A stretch of DNA of 64,000 nucleotides from Parcubacteria group bacterium (GCA_041659685.1 JBAZXV010000002.1:120195-184194); one strand, 5' to 3'; positions 8,201 to 18,059 are shown, counted from the first letter of the stretch. The notes: a model not told the origin generated them from the letters alone. A program made the numbers and translations.

Positions 8201-8245
8201 ATGTGTAAGAATACCGGAGACAAAAAAATATTGAAACGATTTTGA
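8201..8245 (+). other. Putative leaderless 14-aa leader peptide MCKNTGDKKILKRF
   Basis: ATG 7 nt after the -10 box; stop before a terminator; same geometry as 6978-7022. Confidence 0.5.
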
Positions 8246-8249
8246 CGGA

Positions 8250-8279
8250 AAAAACCGCCCCTGTGGGGGCGTTTTTTTT
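8250..8279 (+). terminator. Intrinsic terminator
   Basis: AAAAAC-CGCCCC-TGTG-GGGGCG-TTTTTTTT. Confidence 0.8.
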
Positions 8280-8354
8280 AGCACCTTAGCTTATTCAGGA
8301 AACAATCCGGCGGAACCATCGCCGGTAACTATTGAAAGGAGGGTCAGTAATAGT

Positions 8355-8543
8355 ATGGCAGGAGGAACAACGCAAGAGCGGATGGAACAAATTGCGGCAG
8401 CAAGGGACAGGTGTGTTTGCAGGGGCTGCAGTTGCTGCTTCGTTAGGGGAGCTAATCTTGAAGGTTGCGGGGGATGTTTTGATCCCAAGAAAGACATCGT
8501 GGCCTGTCAAAAATGCCCAGCTCGTCTTGCTGTGCGGAAATAG
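8355..8543 (+). CDS. Small Cys-rich protein (62 aa)
   Basis: AAAGGAGGG SD upstream; CVCRGCSCC..GCGGC..CQKC. Confidence 0.55.
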   Translation: MAGGTTQERMEQIAAARDRCVCRGCSCCFVRGANLEGCGGCFDPKKDIVACQKCPARLAVRK

Positions 8544-8594
8544 TTCCGCAGTTAACTATCGCCTCGATTCAGTTTCTGGATCGAGGCCAGTTTT

Positions 8595-9593
8595 TTATAA
8601 GAACTTATTTACTGCTTTATTAATCTCCGCATAGTTTTTCAGCCACTTGATTCTTTTGTCGCGCTTGAACCAGGTCATTTGCCGCTTGGCGTAATTTTTT
8701 TCGGCTTGAATAACTTTTTCGACGAGCTCTTGTTTTTTAATCTTTTTTTGTAAATATAGCGGAATCCAAAAATAGGCGAGGCCGAAAGATTGGATTTTTT
8801 TCCAACTTAATCCTTGCTCACGTAATTTTTCAACTTCTTTTATCATACCTTGTCTGAAGCGGGCGAGGACACGTTTTTCGATATTCTTATACAATTCATT
8901 TTTGGATAATTTGATTCCAATCTGCAAAAATTCATATTTCTTAAATCGTAAATCATAAATCTTTTCTCTTGCCGGCACCTTGCCGATGGATTCGCATATT
9001 TCAATCGCGCGGATGAGGCGGACTTTGTTTTTCGCATCGATATTTTTTGCGCGTTCGGAATCCGTCTTTTTCAGTATCGTGAGTAATTTTTCCACCGAAT
9101 ATTTTTCCAGTTTTTTGCGCAGCTGCCAATCCGGTTTCACTTCGGGAAAATTTACGTTGTCGACAATTGCCTGAATCCAAAATCCTGTTCCGCCGCAAAT
9201 GATGGGAAACTTTCCGCGCCGCAAAATATCCTCGATTATCTTTTCCGCCCGCTTTTTGAATTTCGCGACGCTATAATCCGTCTGTGGGGAAATTATGTCA
9301 ATCAGGTGGTGAGGAATGCCGCTGGAAAGGAATATCGTCCTCAGTGTTGCGAGATCCTTCGACGTGCTGCGCTTTCTCAGGATGACAGGCATTATTTTGC
9401 CCGTCACCTTTCCGGTGCCGATGTTCATGCCGCGAAAAACTTGCCGGCTGTCCGCCGAAATGACTTCTCCGTTAAACATTTTGGCTATTTTAATGGCAAT
9501 ATCGGATTTACCGGAAGATGTCGGTCCAAGGATAACGAATATTTTATTATTTTTTTTCGGCTGTGATATGCTGGCCGGAATTTTATTAGTCAT
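8595..9593 (-). CDS. miaA: tRNA dimethylallyltransferase
   Basis: GPTSSGKS, ISADSRQV, HHLID, GGTGFW, YAKRQMTWF; carries in-frame insertions. Confidence 0.96.
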   Translation of the reverse strand: MTNKIPASISQPKKNNKIFVILGPTSSGKSDIAIKIAKMFNGEVISADSRQVFRGMNIGTGKVTGKIMPVILRKRSTSKDLATLRTIFLSSGIPHHLIDIISPQTDYSVAKFKKRAEKIIEDILRRGKFPIICGGTGFWIQAIVDNVNFPEVKPDWQLRKKLEKYSVEKLLTILKKTDSERAKNIDAKNKVRLIRAIEICESIGKVPAREKIYDLRFKKYEFLQIGIKLSKNELYKNIEKRVLARFRQGMIKEVEKLREQGLSWKKIQSFGLAYFWIPLYLQKKIKKQELVEKVIQAEKNYAKRQMTWFKRDKRIKWLKNYAEINKAVNKFL

Positions 9594-9665
9594 TTTGAGA
9601 AATAATTTTTCAACGAGAGAATTATTTGTTATAATTATATCAACGATTTTACGGGGGTGTGAATT

Positions 9666-9929
9666 ATGTATTGGCTAAGTCCATGGGAGAAGGCATTAGA
9701 CATTGTTGCCAGGAATCTTTTTTGGAAAGCTTATCGGAAAAAGGATCTTCCAAAAAAGATTGAGATTGAAATGGAGCTCAAAATCTTCGAGCAAGACCAA
9801 TCTCTGTTCATTCGACTTATTGAGTTTTGCCAAAATATTGGTTGGGAATCGGCTGAATTCAAAAAGAGCGAGGAGAGGAGCATCTTCCTTGTGCTTAAAA
9901 GAGCGCAAAAAAGATGTTCTTCAGGCTGA
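9666..9929 (+). CDS. Hypothetical protein (87 aa) lying antisense between miaA and miaB
   Basis: GGGGGTG SD before the ATG; fills the intergenic gap; ends in a hairpin at 9927-9951. Confidence 0.5.
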   Translation: MYWLSPWEKALDIVARNLFWKAYRKKDLPKKIEIEMELKIFEQDQSLFIRLIEFCQNIGWESAEFKKSEERSIFLVLKRAQKRCSSG

Positions 9930-9935
9930 GCCCGC

Positions 9936-11462
9936 TTACTGAGCGGGCTCAAGGATTTTCATCGATATTCCTTCCAGTCCGAACGGTTTGGCTTTTTCGA
10001 TTTTAACTTTTTGAAAACTCCCGATGGGGATTTTTTTGTTGGAGGAAAATATAACTTTCTTTTGAGTGCGGGTGTGGCTCGAGTATCTATATAAAATTCG
10101 AGTCGAAATTCTTTTCGTCCAAGGTTCGGCCTTTTTTCCTCCGACGTTACGTCGGAGTTCCTCAAGGTCAAACCTTTTATCAACTAAAACTTCAACGGAT
10201 TTTCTAACATACTTTTTATTGTTCGCAAGAGCTGTTTTTTTCAGAATTTCCGTGAGGACTTTTTCGCGGCGGACTTTTTCTTTTTTTGAAACATTGTCCT
10301 TCATCTTCCAGGCGGCGGTTTCAGGGCGCGGCGAGTATTGGGCGATATAGGCCATATCAAATTTCATGTCGCGGAAAAGCTTGGCGGTATTTTCAAATTG
10401 ATTTTTTGTTTCGCCGGGAAATCCGACAATTATGTCGGTGGAAACAGCGGGCGGCAGTTTGGAGACTAAGTCTCCAATTGGGGACTTAGTCTCCAAGTAG
10501 GCGCGGCGGATTTTTTTGATGAGGCACTTATAGTGTTCGGTTGTGTATTTGCGGTTCATTTTACGAAGGATTGTGTCATCTCCCGATTGGGCGGGCAAGG
10601 AAACATATTCACAAACTTTTTTGCATTTGGAAATTGTTTCTATGAGTTCATCGGACATATCTTTTGGGTGGCTGGTGAGAAACGTCAGCCAGAAGTTTCC
10701 GGGAATGACATCTATTAGTCTTAATAAGTCGGCAAAGCCAATAGCCTGCTTTTTTGAATCATGAATCATGAACCTCGAATTATGGTTTCTCGATTTTTTC
10801 CCTGATTCACAATTCATAATTCCTAATTCATTTTTGTAGCTATTCACATTCTGACCAAGCAAAAAAATTTCTCTGTATCCTTTTTTCACCAGGCTGCGAA
10901 CTTCTTTCAAAATGTTTTCAGCCGGCCTTGAATATTCCCTTCCGCGGGCGTAGGGCACGACGCAGTAGGCACAGAAATTGTTGCAGCCGGTCATGACGGG
11001 AATATAAGCGGTATACTTGTTGGTGTATGTCGGCTCTATTTTTAAGTAATCATTACATGGTTTATTTTTTGAATTATGAATTATGAATTTTGAATCAGGG
11101 TTTTTATTTTTTCTCCATAATTCCTGATTCATAATTCCTGATTCAATTATTTCTTGTGGAAAATATTTAATTTCACAAAATAAATCAACCTTTCCCTTGA
11201 GCCTTCTCCGGACATCTTTTCGATGGGCGAGGCAGCCAGTCAATATTATTTTTTTCTTAGGGTATTTTTTTCGCAGGTTATGAACCAGCCCATAAACCCT
11301 GTCCTCCGGTGTTTGGCGTACGCCGCAGGTGACGAACACGATTAAATCAGCCGCATCAATCGAGGCGGCCGGTTTAAGTTTGTTTTTTTTGAGAATTGTC
11401 GCAATTCTTTCGGCGTCGGAATAATTCATCTGGCAGCCGAATATTTTGAGAAAGTAGGTCAT
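9936..11462 (-). CDS. miaB: tRNA methylthiotransferase MiaB
   Basis: FGCQMNYSDAE, TCGVR, GCLA, GCNNFCAYCVVPYARG, STDIIVGFPGET, TRAM domain; several repeat-derived insertions. Confidence 0.93.
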   Translation of the reverse strand: MTYFLKIFGCQMNYSDAERIATILKKNKLKPAASIDAADLIVFVTCGVRQTPEDRVYGLVHNLRKKYPKKKIILTGCLAHRKDVRRRLKGKVDLFCEIKYFPQEIIESGIMNQELWRKNKNPDSKFIIHNSKNKPCNDYLKIEPTYTNKYTAYIPVMTGCNNFCAYCVVPYARGREYSRPAENILKEVRSLVKKGYREIFLLGQNVNSYKNELGIMNCESGKKSRNHNSRFMIHDSKKQAIGFADLLRLIDVIPGNFWLTFLTSHPKDMSDELIETISKCKKVCEYVSLPAQSGDDTILRKMNRKYTTEHYKCLIKKIRRAYLETKSPIGDLVSKLPPAVSTDIIVGFPGETKNQFENTAKLFRDMKFDMAYIAQYSPRPETAAWKMKDNVSKKEKVRREKVLTEILKKTALANNKKYVRKSVEVLVDKRFDLEELRRNVGGKKAEPWTKRISTRILYRYSSHTRTQKKVIFSSNKKIPIGSFQKVKIEKAKPFGLEGISMKILEPAQ

Positions 11463-11489
11463 GAGACAAATAAAACAAATGGGGAGAAA

Positions 11490-13289
11490 TTATTTTTTTT
11501 CTTCAATTTCTTTTTCAATTTTTTCCAGAAACTTTTTGAAGTTGATCGCGCCGAGGTCGCCTTTTTCGCGGCTCCTCACAGCCACGGTTTTGGCGGAGAC
11601 TTCTTTCTCGCCGACAATCAGCATATAATTTATTTTTTCATTTTGGGCGGCGCGGATGCGTTTTCCCAAAGACTCGGATGATTCACGGATTTGCGAGCGG
11701 ATGCCGGCGGATAAAAGTTCGGAATGAATTTCTTCCCCGTATTTCTCAAATTTTTCCGAAACAGGAATGACTTCCACCTGGATGGGGGAGAGCCAAAGAG
11801 GGAAAGCGCCGGCGAAGTGTTCTATGAGAAAAGCGAAGAATCTTTCGAACGATCCGATGAGCGCCCGGTGAATTACGAATGGTTTTATTTTTTCCCCTTT
11901 ATCGTCAATATAAGCAAGATCAAACCGTTCAGGCAAATTGAAATCTACCTGAATAGTGGAAATGGAATCTTCCTTGCCATAAACATTGATTGCCTGGACA
12001 TCAAGCTTCGGGCCGTAAAAAGCGGCTTCTCCTTTGGCTTCATAAAAATCAACTTTATTTTTCTTGAGGACTTTTCGCATAATTTCCTCAGTTCGCTTCC
12101 AATTTTTGGGGTCGCCGACATATTTATCTTTGGTTTCGTCTGAAAGAGAAAGGCGGAATTTATAATTATCAAACCCAAGATCCGCATAAAACTTCATGAG
12201 CATTTCCATAACTTCCATGAACTGGCCTTCCAGCTGATCCGAAGTGCAATAGATATGCGCGTCATTTTGAGTAAAGCCGCGAACTCGTTGCATTCCATGA
12301 AGCTCCCCGGATTTTTCATAGCGATAAACGGTGCCTATTTCTCCGATTTTCATAGGCAATTCCCGGTAACTTCTTGGCTTCATTTTATAAACCATCATGC
12401 CGGCCGGACAATTCATGGGCTTCAGAACGAAGGTCTCTTTCACTTTGGGCTTCTCGCCTTCCTGGATTTCCCTTAAGCTCAGGCCCACTTCCAAAGGGGG
12501 GTACATGCTATCGCTATAAAATCCCCAATGTCCGGATGTTTCAAATAACTCCTTTTTGTTTATATGGGGAGTGATAATATGCTCGTAGCCATAAGAACGT
12601 TCCATTTGAATTATATAATCTTCAAGCAGTCTTCTGATGACATATCCCTTGGGCAGCCATACCGGCAGACCCTGGCCGATTTCCGGAAAAGTTGCAAAAA
12701 GTTCCAGCTCTTTTCCTAGTTTTACGTGATCCCGTTTTTTTGCTTCATCCATCATTGCGAGATATTGCCTAAGTTCTTTGGGATTTTCAAAAGCCACTCC
12801 ATATACTCTCTGGAGCATTTTGTTTTTCTCGTTTCCTTTCCAATAGGCGCCGGAAATTTTGGTGAGCTTAAATGATTTTGAATTTATTTCTCCGGTTGAT
12901 TCAAGATGGGGACCGGTGCATAAATCCACAAAAGATCCGGTTCTATATATTGAAACCGTTTTTGTTTCAGGTTCATTATTCTCAATATCCTTTATCAGTT
13001 CGGTCTTATACGGTTGTTTGGCTTTCTTGAAATCCTGAAGCGCCTCTTCAATCGAAATGTCTGCCCTTTCAAATTTCAGATTATTTTTGATGATATTTTC
13101 CATTTTGTCTTCCAGGATTTGCAAGTCTTCCGGAATGAGCGTCCGGGGCAAATCGAAGTCATAATAAAACCCGTTTTCGATTGCCGGGCCTATTCCGAAT
13201 TTCGCCTCCGGAAACATCTCAAAAACCGCCGCGGCGAGAACGTGGGAAAGAGAATGGCGGATAATTTCAATTTTATTAGATTTTTTCAT
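11490..13289 (-). CDS. thrS: Threonine--tRNA ligase
   Basis: RHSLSHV, DLCTGPH, LKPMNCP, RVRGFTQNDAH, GEAAFYGPK. Confidence 0.98.
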   Translation of the reverse strand: MKKSNKIEIIRHSLSHVLAAAVFEMFPEAKFGIGPAIENGFYYDFDLPRTLIPEDLQILEDKMENIIKNNLKFERADISIEEALQDFKKAKQPYKTELIKDIENNEPETKTVSIYRTGSFVDLCTGPHLESTGEINSKSFKLTKISGAYWKGNEKNKMLQRVYGVAFENPKELRQYLAMMDEAKKRDHVKLGKELELFATFPEIGQGLPVWLPKGYVIRRLLEDYIIQMERSYGYEHIITPHINKKELFETSGHWGFYSDSMYPPLEVGLSLREIQEGEKPKVKETFVLKPMNCPAGMMVYKMKPRSYRELPMKIGEIGTVYRYEKSGELHGMQRVRGFTQNDAHIYCTSDQLEGQFMEVMEMLMKFYADLGFDNYKFRLSLSDETKDKYVGDPKNWKRTEEIMRKVLKKNKVDFYEAKGEAAFYGPKLDVQAINVYGKEDSISTIQVDFNLPERFDLAYIDDKGEKIKPFVIHRALIGSFERFFAFLIEHFAGAFPLWLSPIQVEVIPVSEKFEKYGEEIHSELLSAGIRSQIRESSESLGKRIRAAQNEKINYMLIVGEKEVSAKTVAVRSREKGDLGAINFKKFLEKIEKEIEEKK

Positions 13290-13431
13290 ATTTTTGCTGA
13301 ATAGTTACGGTTTAATGGTAATATTAAAACGGCTTACTTGCAAGGTTTCGTGAGTGGGGTAGAATATGATTATTGCCGCTTCGCGCTTTTTGAGACTTTA
13401 ACAATGCGCTGTAAGATAGAAGGAAAAAGTT

Positions 13432-14280
13432 ATGACACCAGGAAAGAGAATTATTAAGAAGACAATCATATCGGCTGTTTATGTCGTTATTTTTTCATTA
13501 TTAGCAGTCGGATTTTACAGCCTTTTCAGCGCCAATCCGACGTGCAGCGACGGAACAAAAAATCAAAACGAGGAAGGAGTTGATTGCGGCGGATCGTGTT
13601 CGGCCGTATGCGAGAAGATTCCCGATGTCGAAAATATTCAAGTCATCGAAAAAAATATTTTGCCGGCAGGGGACGGGCAATATGACGTCCTGGCCAGGAT
13701 AAGCAATCCGAATACGCAGTTTGGAATAGCCGATCTTGAGTATTCCTTCGATTTGCTGGACGGAGCCGGGAAAATAGTCGGCCAAAGCGAAGGAAAAAAT
13801 TTTATTCTTCCCAGCCAGGAAAAATATATTTTAGCTTTCAACCTAACCTCTTCCAGCGAGCCCAAAGACCTGAATTTTAAGATAAGGTCTTTCAGATGGA
13901 CCAAATTCTCCGAATATGAAGAACCGCTGGTGCAGGTTTATTCAAAGGAGTTTAACTTTGTCAGTGCGGGAAGCAATTTTGCCACCCTTAAGGCCAGGAT
14001 AAAAAATCTCAGTGATTACGATTTTAGGAATATCACTGTCAGCACTATAATAAGAAACGATCAGAATGTTCCGGTGGCGTTGAATCAAACAAACGTGAAC
14101 GACGTAAAAGTAAATGAAGAAAGGGAGATTGTGTTCAATTGGGGGAGAAGTTTTGAAATATCACAAGAGGCCCCCAAAATAGAAATAAACACAGATGTGG
14201 ATTTCTTCAGCGACGATAATTTTATGAAAAAATATGGCTCCCCGGACCAATATAGAAGTTATGGAGCGGATTCCGAATAA
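13432..14280 (+). CDS. Membrane-anchored hypothetical protein with Cys-rich CSDG..NQ.EEGVDCGGSC motif
   Basis: N-terminal TM helix, Cys motif, beta-rich remainder. Confidence 0.7.
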   Translation: MTPGKRIIKKTIISAVYVVIFSLLAVGFYSLFSANPTCSDGTKNQNEEGVDCGGSCSAVCEKIPDVENIQVIEKNILPAGDGQYDVLARISNPNTQFGIADLEYSFDLLDGAGKIVGQSEGKNFILPSQEKYILAFNLTSSSEPKDLNFKIRSFRWTKFSEYEEPLVQVYSKEFNFVSAGSNFATLKARIKNLSDYDFRNITVSTIIRNDQNVPVALNQTNVNDVKVNEEREIVFNWGRSFEISQEAPKIEINTDVDFFSDDNFMKKYGSPDQYRSYGADSE

Positions 14281-14327
14281 CCGGATTGCCATATCGGGCG
14301 AATTTTTTTGTTTGCCGACTACAAATA

Positions 14328-15428
14328 ATGATCAGAAGCTTTCTAAAACTAGATTGGATACTTATTACAGCCGTTGTCCTGCTTCTTATCCTGAGCCTCT
14401 CGGTTCTCTACACTATAAGTTATGGCGGAGAGTCAGTCGCTAAAGACCAGAGTCATTTTTTCAGGCAGTTGATATTCATGGGGATAGGGCTTGCGGTTTT
14501 TTTTGTTTTGTCTTTTTTTGATTACAGAATTGTTAAAGGCTATTCGGCTCCGCTTTTTGTTGCCGGCGCGCTTCTCCTGGTTGCGGTTCTTATAATCGGA
14601 AAAACGATTCGCGGCACGGTCGGGTGGATTGGATTTTCGGCCTTTCACATCCAGCCGGTCGAACCTTTCAAAATAATTCTCGTTATTGCGCTCGCAAAGT
14701 ATTTGTCGATAAATTCCAGAACAATAAAAGACTTCAGGCACGTGATAATTACATTTGTTCCCGTCAGCCTGGCGGTTTTTTTGGTTCTGAGCCAGCCAGA
14801 CTTGGGATCTGCTTTGGTTGTAATTTCAATCTGGCTGGGGATGCTGCTTGTCAGCGGAATCAAGAAGAGGCATCTCGCCGTCCTTCTTATTGCGGGGGCC
14901 GCAATTAGTGTAATCGCCTGGGGCTTTTTCCTGAAGGATTACCAGAGAGACAGAATAAATTCCCTCTTTAATCCCGCAGCCGATCCTTTGGGAGCGGGAT
15001 ATAATGTCATTCAATCGACAGTGGCGGTCGGTTCGGGGGGAATTTGGGGAAAAGGGCTGGGCCACGGATCTCAAAGCCAGCTTAATTTTCTTCCGGAAAA
15101 GCATACCGATTTTATTTTTGCCGTTACGGCGGAAGAACTCGGCCTCTTTGGAGCTTTTTTTGTTCTGGTTTTGCTTTCCATAGTCATTCTTCGTTTATTT
15201 AGAATTATGCAGAAAAGCCGCGGTAATTTTGGAAAGCTTATGGTCGCGGGGATAGCCGTCATGATTTTCGTCCAATCGGCGGTTAATATCGGCATGAATA
15301 TCGGGATTGCCCCGATTACGGGAATTCCTCTGCCGCTTCTCAGCTATGGAGGAAGTTCCCTGATATCGACACTAGCCGCTTTAGGGATCGCAGAAAGCGT
15401 CTCAAGGCGTTCGAAATCAAGTTTCTGA
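14328..15428 (+). CDS. rodA: SEDS peptidoglycan polymerase RodA
   Basis: IQPVEPFK, SQPDLGS, GSGGIWGKG, FLPEKHTDFIF, TGIPLPLLSYGGSS; start moved to ATG 14328. Confidence 0.9.
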   Translation: MIRSFLKLDWILITAVVLLLILSLSVLYTISYGGESVAKDQSHFFRQLIFMGIGLAVFFVLSFFDYRIVKGYSAPLFVAGALLLVAVLIIGKTIRGTVGWIGFSAFHIQPVEPFKIILVIALAKYLSINSRTIKDFRHVIITFVPVSLAVFLVLSQPDLGSALVVISIWLGMLLVSGIKKRHLAVLLIAGAAISVIAWGFFLKDYQRDRINSLFNPAADPLGAGYNVIQSTVAVGSGGIWGKGLGHGSQSQLNFLPEKHTDFIFAVTAEELGLFGAFFVLVLLSIVILRLFRIMQKSRGNFGKLMVAGIAVMIFVQSAVNIGMNIGIAPITGIPLPLLSYGGSSLISTLAALGIAESVSRRSKSSF

Positions 15429-15563
15429 AAGGATAAATGAAAAAAAAGCTGATTTTCTGATCTTTTTCAATTAGGAAATTGGCCTAAGAGTTGACTAACA
15501 GGAGGATATCTGGTAGATTTTCATAGTAACCCAAAAATTAATTGATATAAATTTTTATAGCAT

Positions 15564-16256
15564 ATGGTTGCGGATTTGACGCTTAAGACGAAAAAAAGGA
15601 CAAAAAAGGACGAAAAAGTCGCGGGGAAAGGCAATGTCCCCGGTATTTTGTATGGAAAAGGAGTTGAAAACGAGATGATTTGGGTGGACGGTAAAATTTT
15701 TGGAAAGACATATGAAGAAGCGGGGGAAAGCACAATTTTGAAGCTGGCCCTTGAAGGCGGCGGCGAGCGCAATGTTATCGTGAAGGATGTGCAGAAAGAT
15801 ATTTTGACCGGAGCGCCGATTCACGTTGATTTTTATCAGGTTCGAATGGATGAAGAGATCGAAGCGGAAGTGGAATTGGAATTCGTCGGCGAGTCTCCGG
15901 CGGTCAAGGAGCTTGGCGGAGTGCTGGTCAAAAATATGGACAAGATCGAAATCAAATGCCTTCCGGGAGACCTTCTTTCGAAAATCGAGGTTGATATCAG
16001 CCGGATCAAAACTTTTGATGATTATGTGTATGTTAAGGACCTTCCTATTCCGGAAAAAGTTGAAGTTTCGGTGGATCCGGAAACGGTCGTGGCAATGGTT
16101 TCCGAACCGCGTTCCGAGGAAGAACTTGCTGATCTTGAAGCGGAAGTGAAAGAAGACGTGACTCAGGTTGAAGGTGTCGTGAAAGAAGAGAAGCCGGCCG
16201 AAGGCGAGGCAAGTGAAGAAAAATCCGGAGAAAAGCCCGAAGGGAAAAAAGAATAG
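15564..16256 (+). CDS. rplY: 50S ribosomal protein L25/Ctc
   Basis: VPGILYG, VKDVQ, HVDFY, GESPAVK. Confidence 0.95.
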   Translation: MVADLTLKTKKRTKKDEKVAGKGNVPGILYGKGVENEMIWVDGKIFGKTYEEAGESTILKLALEGGGERNVIVKDVQKDILTGAPIHVDFYQVRMDEEIEAEVELEFVGESPAVKELGGVLVKNMDKIEIKCLPGDLLSKIEVDISRIKTFDDYVYVKDLPIPEKVEVSVDPETVVAMVSEPRSEEELADLEAEVKEDVTQVEGVVKEEKPAEGEASEEKSGEKPEGKKE

Positions 16257-16278
16257 CGGTATTACTCAGTTAGCTAGC

Positions 16279-16314
16279 AAGGCGCCTGATCTTCGGATCG
16301 GGTGCCTTTTTTTT
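16279..16314 (+). terminator. Intrinsic terminator after rplY
   Basis: AAGGCGCCTGATC-TTCG-GATCGGGTGCCTT followed by a T-run. Confidence 0.85.
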
Positions 16315-16358
16315 GGCGTTAATATATAATATGAATAGTTCAAAATTCAAAAATAAAA

Positions 16359-17648
16359 GTGCAAAATTACAATGTAAAATTTAAAATTATAATTTTCTTG
16401 TCTGTTTTTATTGCAGTCAGCTTATTTTTTGTGGTTTTGTTTGCGAGAGGCGCCAGCAGCGACGAAGAGCTTAAAAGCAAAATCGAAACTCTCCGCAGCC
16501 AAATATCAAAATATCAGGATGAGATAGATCAGAAAAGCCGGCTGGAAGAAACACTTGCTGGCAGAATCGAAGTATTGGAAGCGGATATCAATAAAATCGA
16601 ACTTCAGATTCAGGAAACTAATCTGGTGATTAGCGGAATTGACGAAGAAATCTCATCCAAGCAGATGGAAGTCGACGAAATGCAAAAAAGAATTGAAGCG
16701 AAACAGGAAATCCTGTCTAAATTTTTGGAGGAACTTTACGAGCGGGGAGATGTTTCTTCGACGGAACTCATTCTGGGAAACAAAAATTTTTCTGATTATT
16801 TTTTTCAGTCCGAGAGCGTGGAGGCTTTTGAGGGCCAGACAAAGGATATCTTTGATCAGCTGGTGAGTTTGCAGCAGGATCTTGAGAAAGAAAAAGAAGC
16901 ACTCATGGAGAAGAGAGCCGAACAGGAAAATTACCGATATATTCAGATTGACCAGGAAAGATCTCTTGACAGTGAAAGGCAGATGAAGGATCTGCTCGCG
17001 AAAAAAACAAAAAATGAAAAAGATTCTCTGCAGGCGGAAACCGAAAAACTTCAGACGGAGCTTAACGCGATCCAGTCGCTCGGGGAACCTATTGCCATTG
17101 ATGAGGCGGTAAAGTCAGCCAAGTACGCGAGCGGCTTGACGGGTGTTGCTCCGGAACTTCTTTTGGGCGTTCTTCGCGTGGAATCGGGTCTTGGGACAAA
17201 TGTCGGAGGGGGGCGGTATAAGACCGACATGAATCCGAGCCAATGGGAAACGTTTAAAGGCATTTGCAAAGAGCTTGGATTGAATCCCGACAAAATGCCG
17301 GTTTCGCGGCGGGTATGCTACAACAAGGGTTCAAAGGACGGGTGCGGGGGATGGGGCGGAGCGATGGGGCCCGCGCAATTCATGCCTTCAACCTGGATGG
17401 GATATAAAAGCAAAGTTGAAAAGACAGCCGGGAAATCTCCGGCCAGCCCGTGGGACATTAAAGACTCCCTTGTGGCGATGGGACTCAAACTTGCGGCAAT
17501 CGACGGCGTGACGAGAGGGGATCGCAAGGCCTGGGCAAAAGCGGCAGGAACATATTTGGCGGGAAGCAACTGGGAAAGCTATCCATGGTATTCCGACAGA
17601 GTTCTTTTCTATGCGGACGGGTTCAAGAAGATAATCAAAGACTACTAG
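16359..17648 (+). CDS. Coiled-coil protein with C-terminal lytic transglycosylase domain
   Basis: Signal/TM, long coiled coil, LRVESGLG catalytic Glu, GAMGPAQFMPSTW. Confidence 0.85.
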   Translation: MQNYNVKFKIIIFLSVFIAVSLFFVVLFARGASSDEELKSKIETLRSQISKYQDEIDQKSRLEETLAGRIEVLEADINKIELQIQETNLVISGIDEEISSKQMEVDEMQKRIEAKQEILSKFLEELYERGDVSSTELILGNKNFSDYFFQSESVEAFEGQTKDIFDQLVSLQQDLEKEKEALMEKRAEQENYRYIQIDQERSLDSERQMKDLLAKKTKNEKDSLQAETEKLQTELNAIQSLGEPIAIDEAVKSAKYASGLTGVAPELLLGVLRVESGLGTNVGGGRYKTDMNPSQWETFKGICKELGLNPDKMPVSRRVCYNKGSKDGCGGWGGAMGPAQFMPSTWMGYKSKVEKTAGKSPASPWDIKDSLVAMGLKLAAIDGVTRGDRKAWAKAAGTYLAGSNWESYPWYSDRVLFYADGFKKIIKDY

Positions 17649-18059
17649 CTTTCACGCCAGGGGACGCAGATTTTTTTTGCATTCCAGGTTCAAATTTTTT
17701 TAAGCAAAAATTTCTTTTGCCAGGAGAACTAGAAATAATAATTTTCGAAAAAATAATTCCAGGATAATAATTGCAAAAAATGATTCACGCTATTTGATGT
17801 TTTATCCGGCCTTTTTTTGTCAAGCCTTTTGTTGAAATTTCTCCCGGCTTTGATTGACTTATTGGTAAATTAGTTATATAATAATAAAGTAAGATCCAAT
17901 AAAGGGGGATTTTATAACCTCGAACGAATTATCACTTAGGGAATAATTCGGAGAGGCGAAAGGGTGGTTTACTCGGGTGTGAATCGCTTTTTATTTTTGG
18001 AAAAAATTTGATTAATTGATATATAAATAACTTCGGAGCGGGGTGAGCTCAAATGCTTA

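Noticed and set aside
17647-17790. CCAGG recurring at roughly 30-nt spacing after the transglycosylase gene
   Set aside because: Only a 5-nt match with irregular spacing; no supportable ORF or repeat unit
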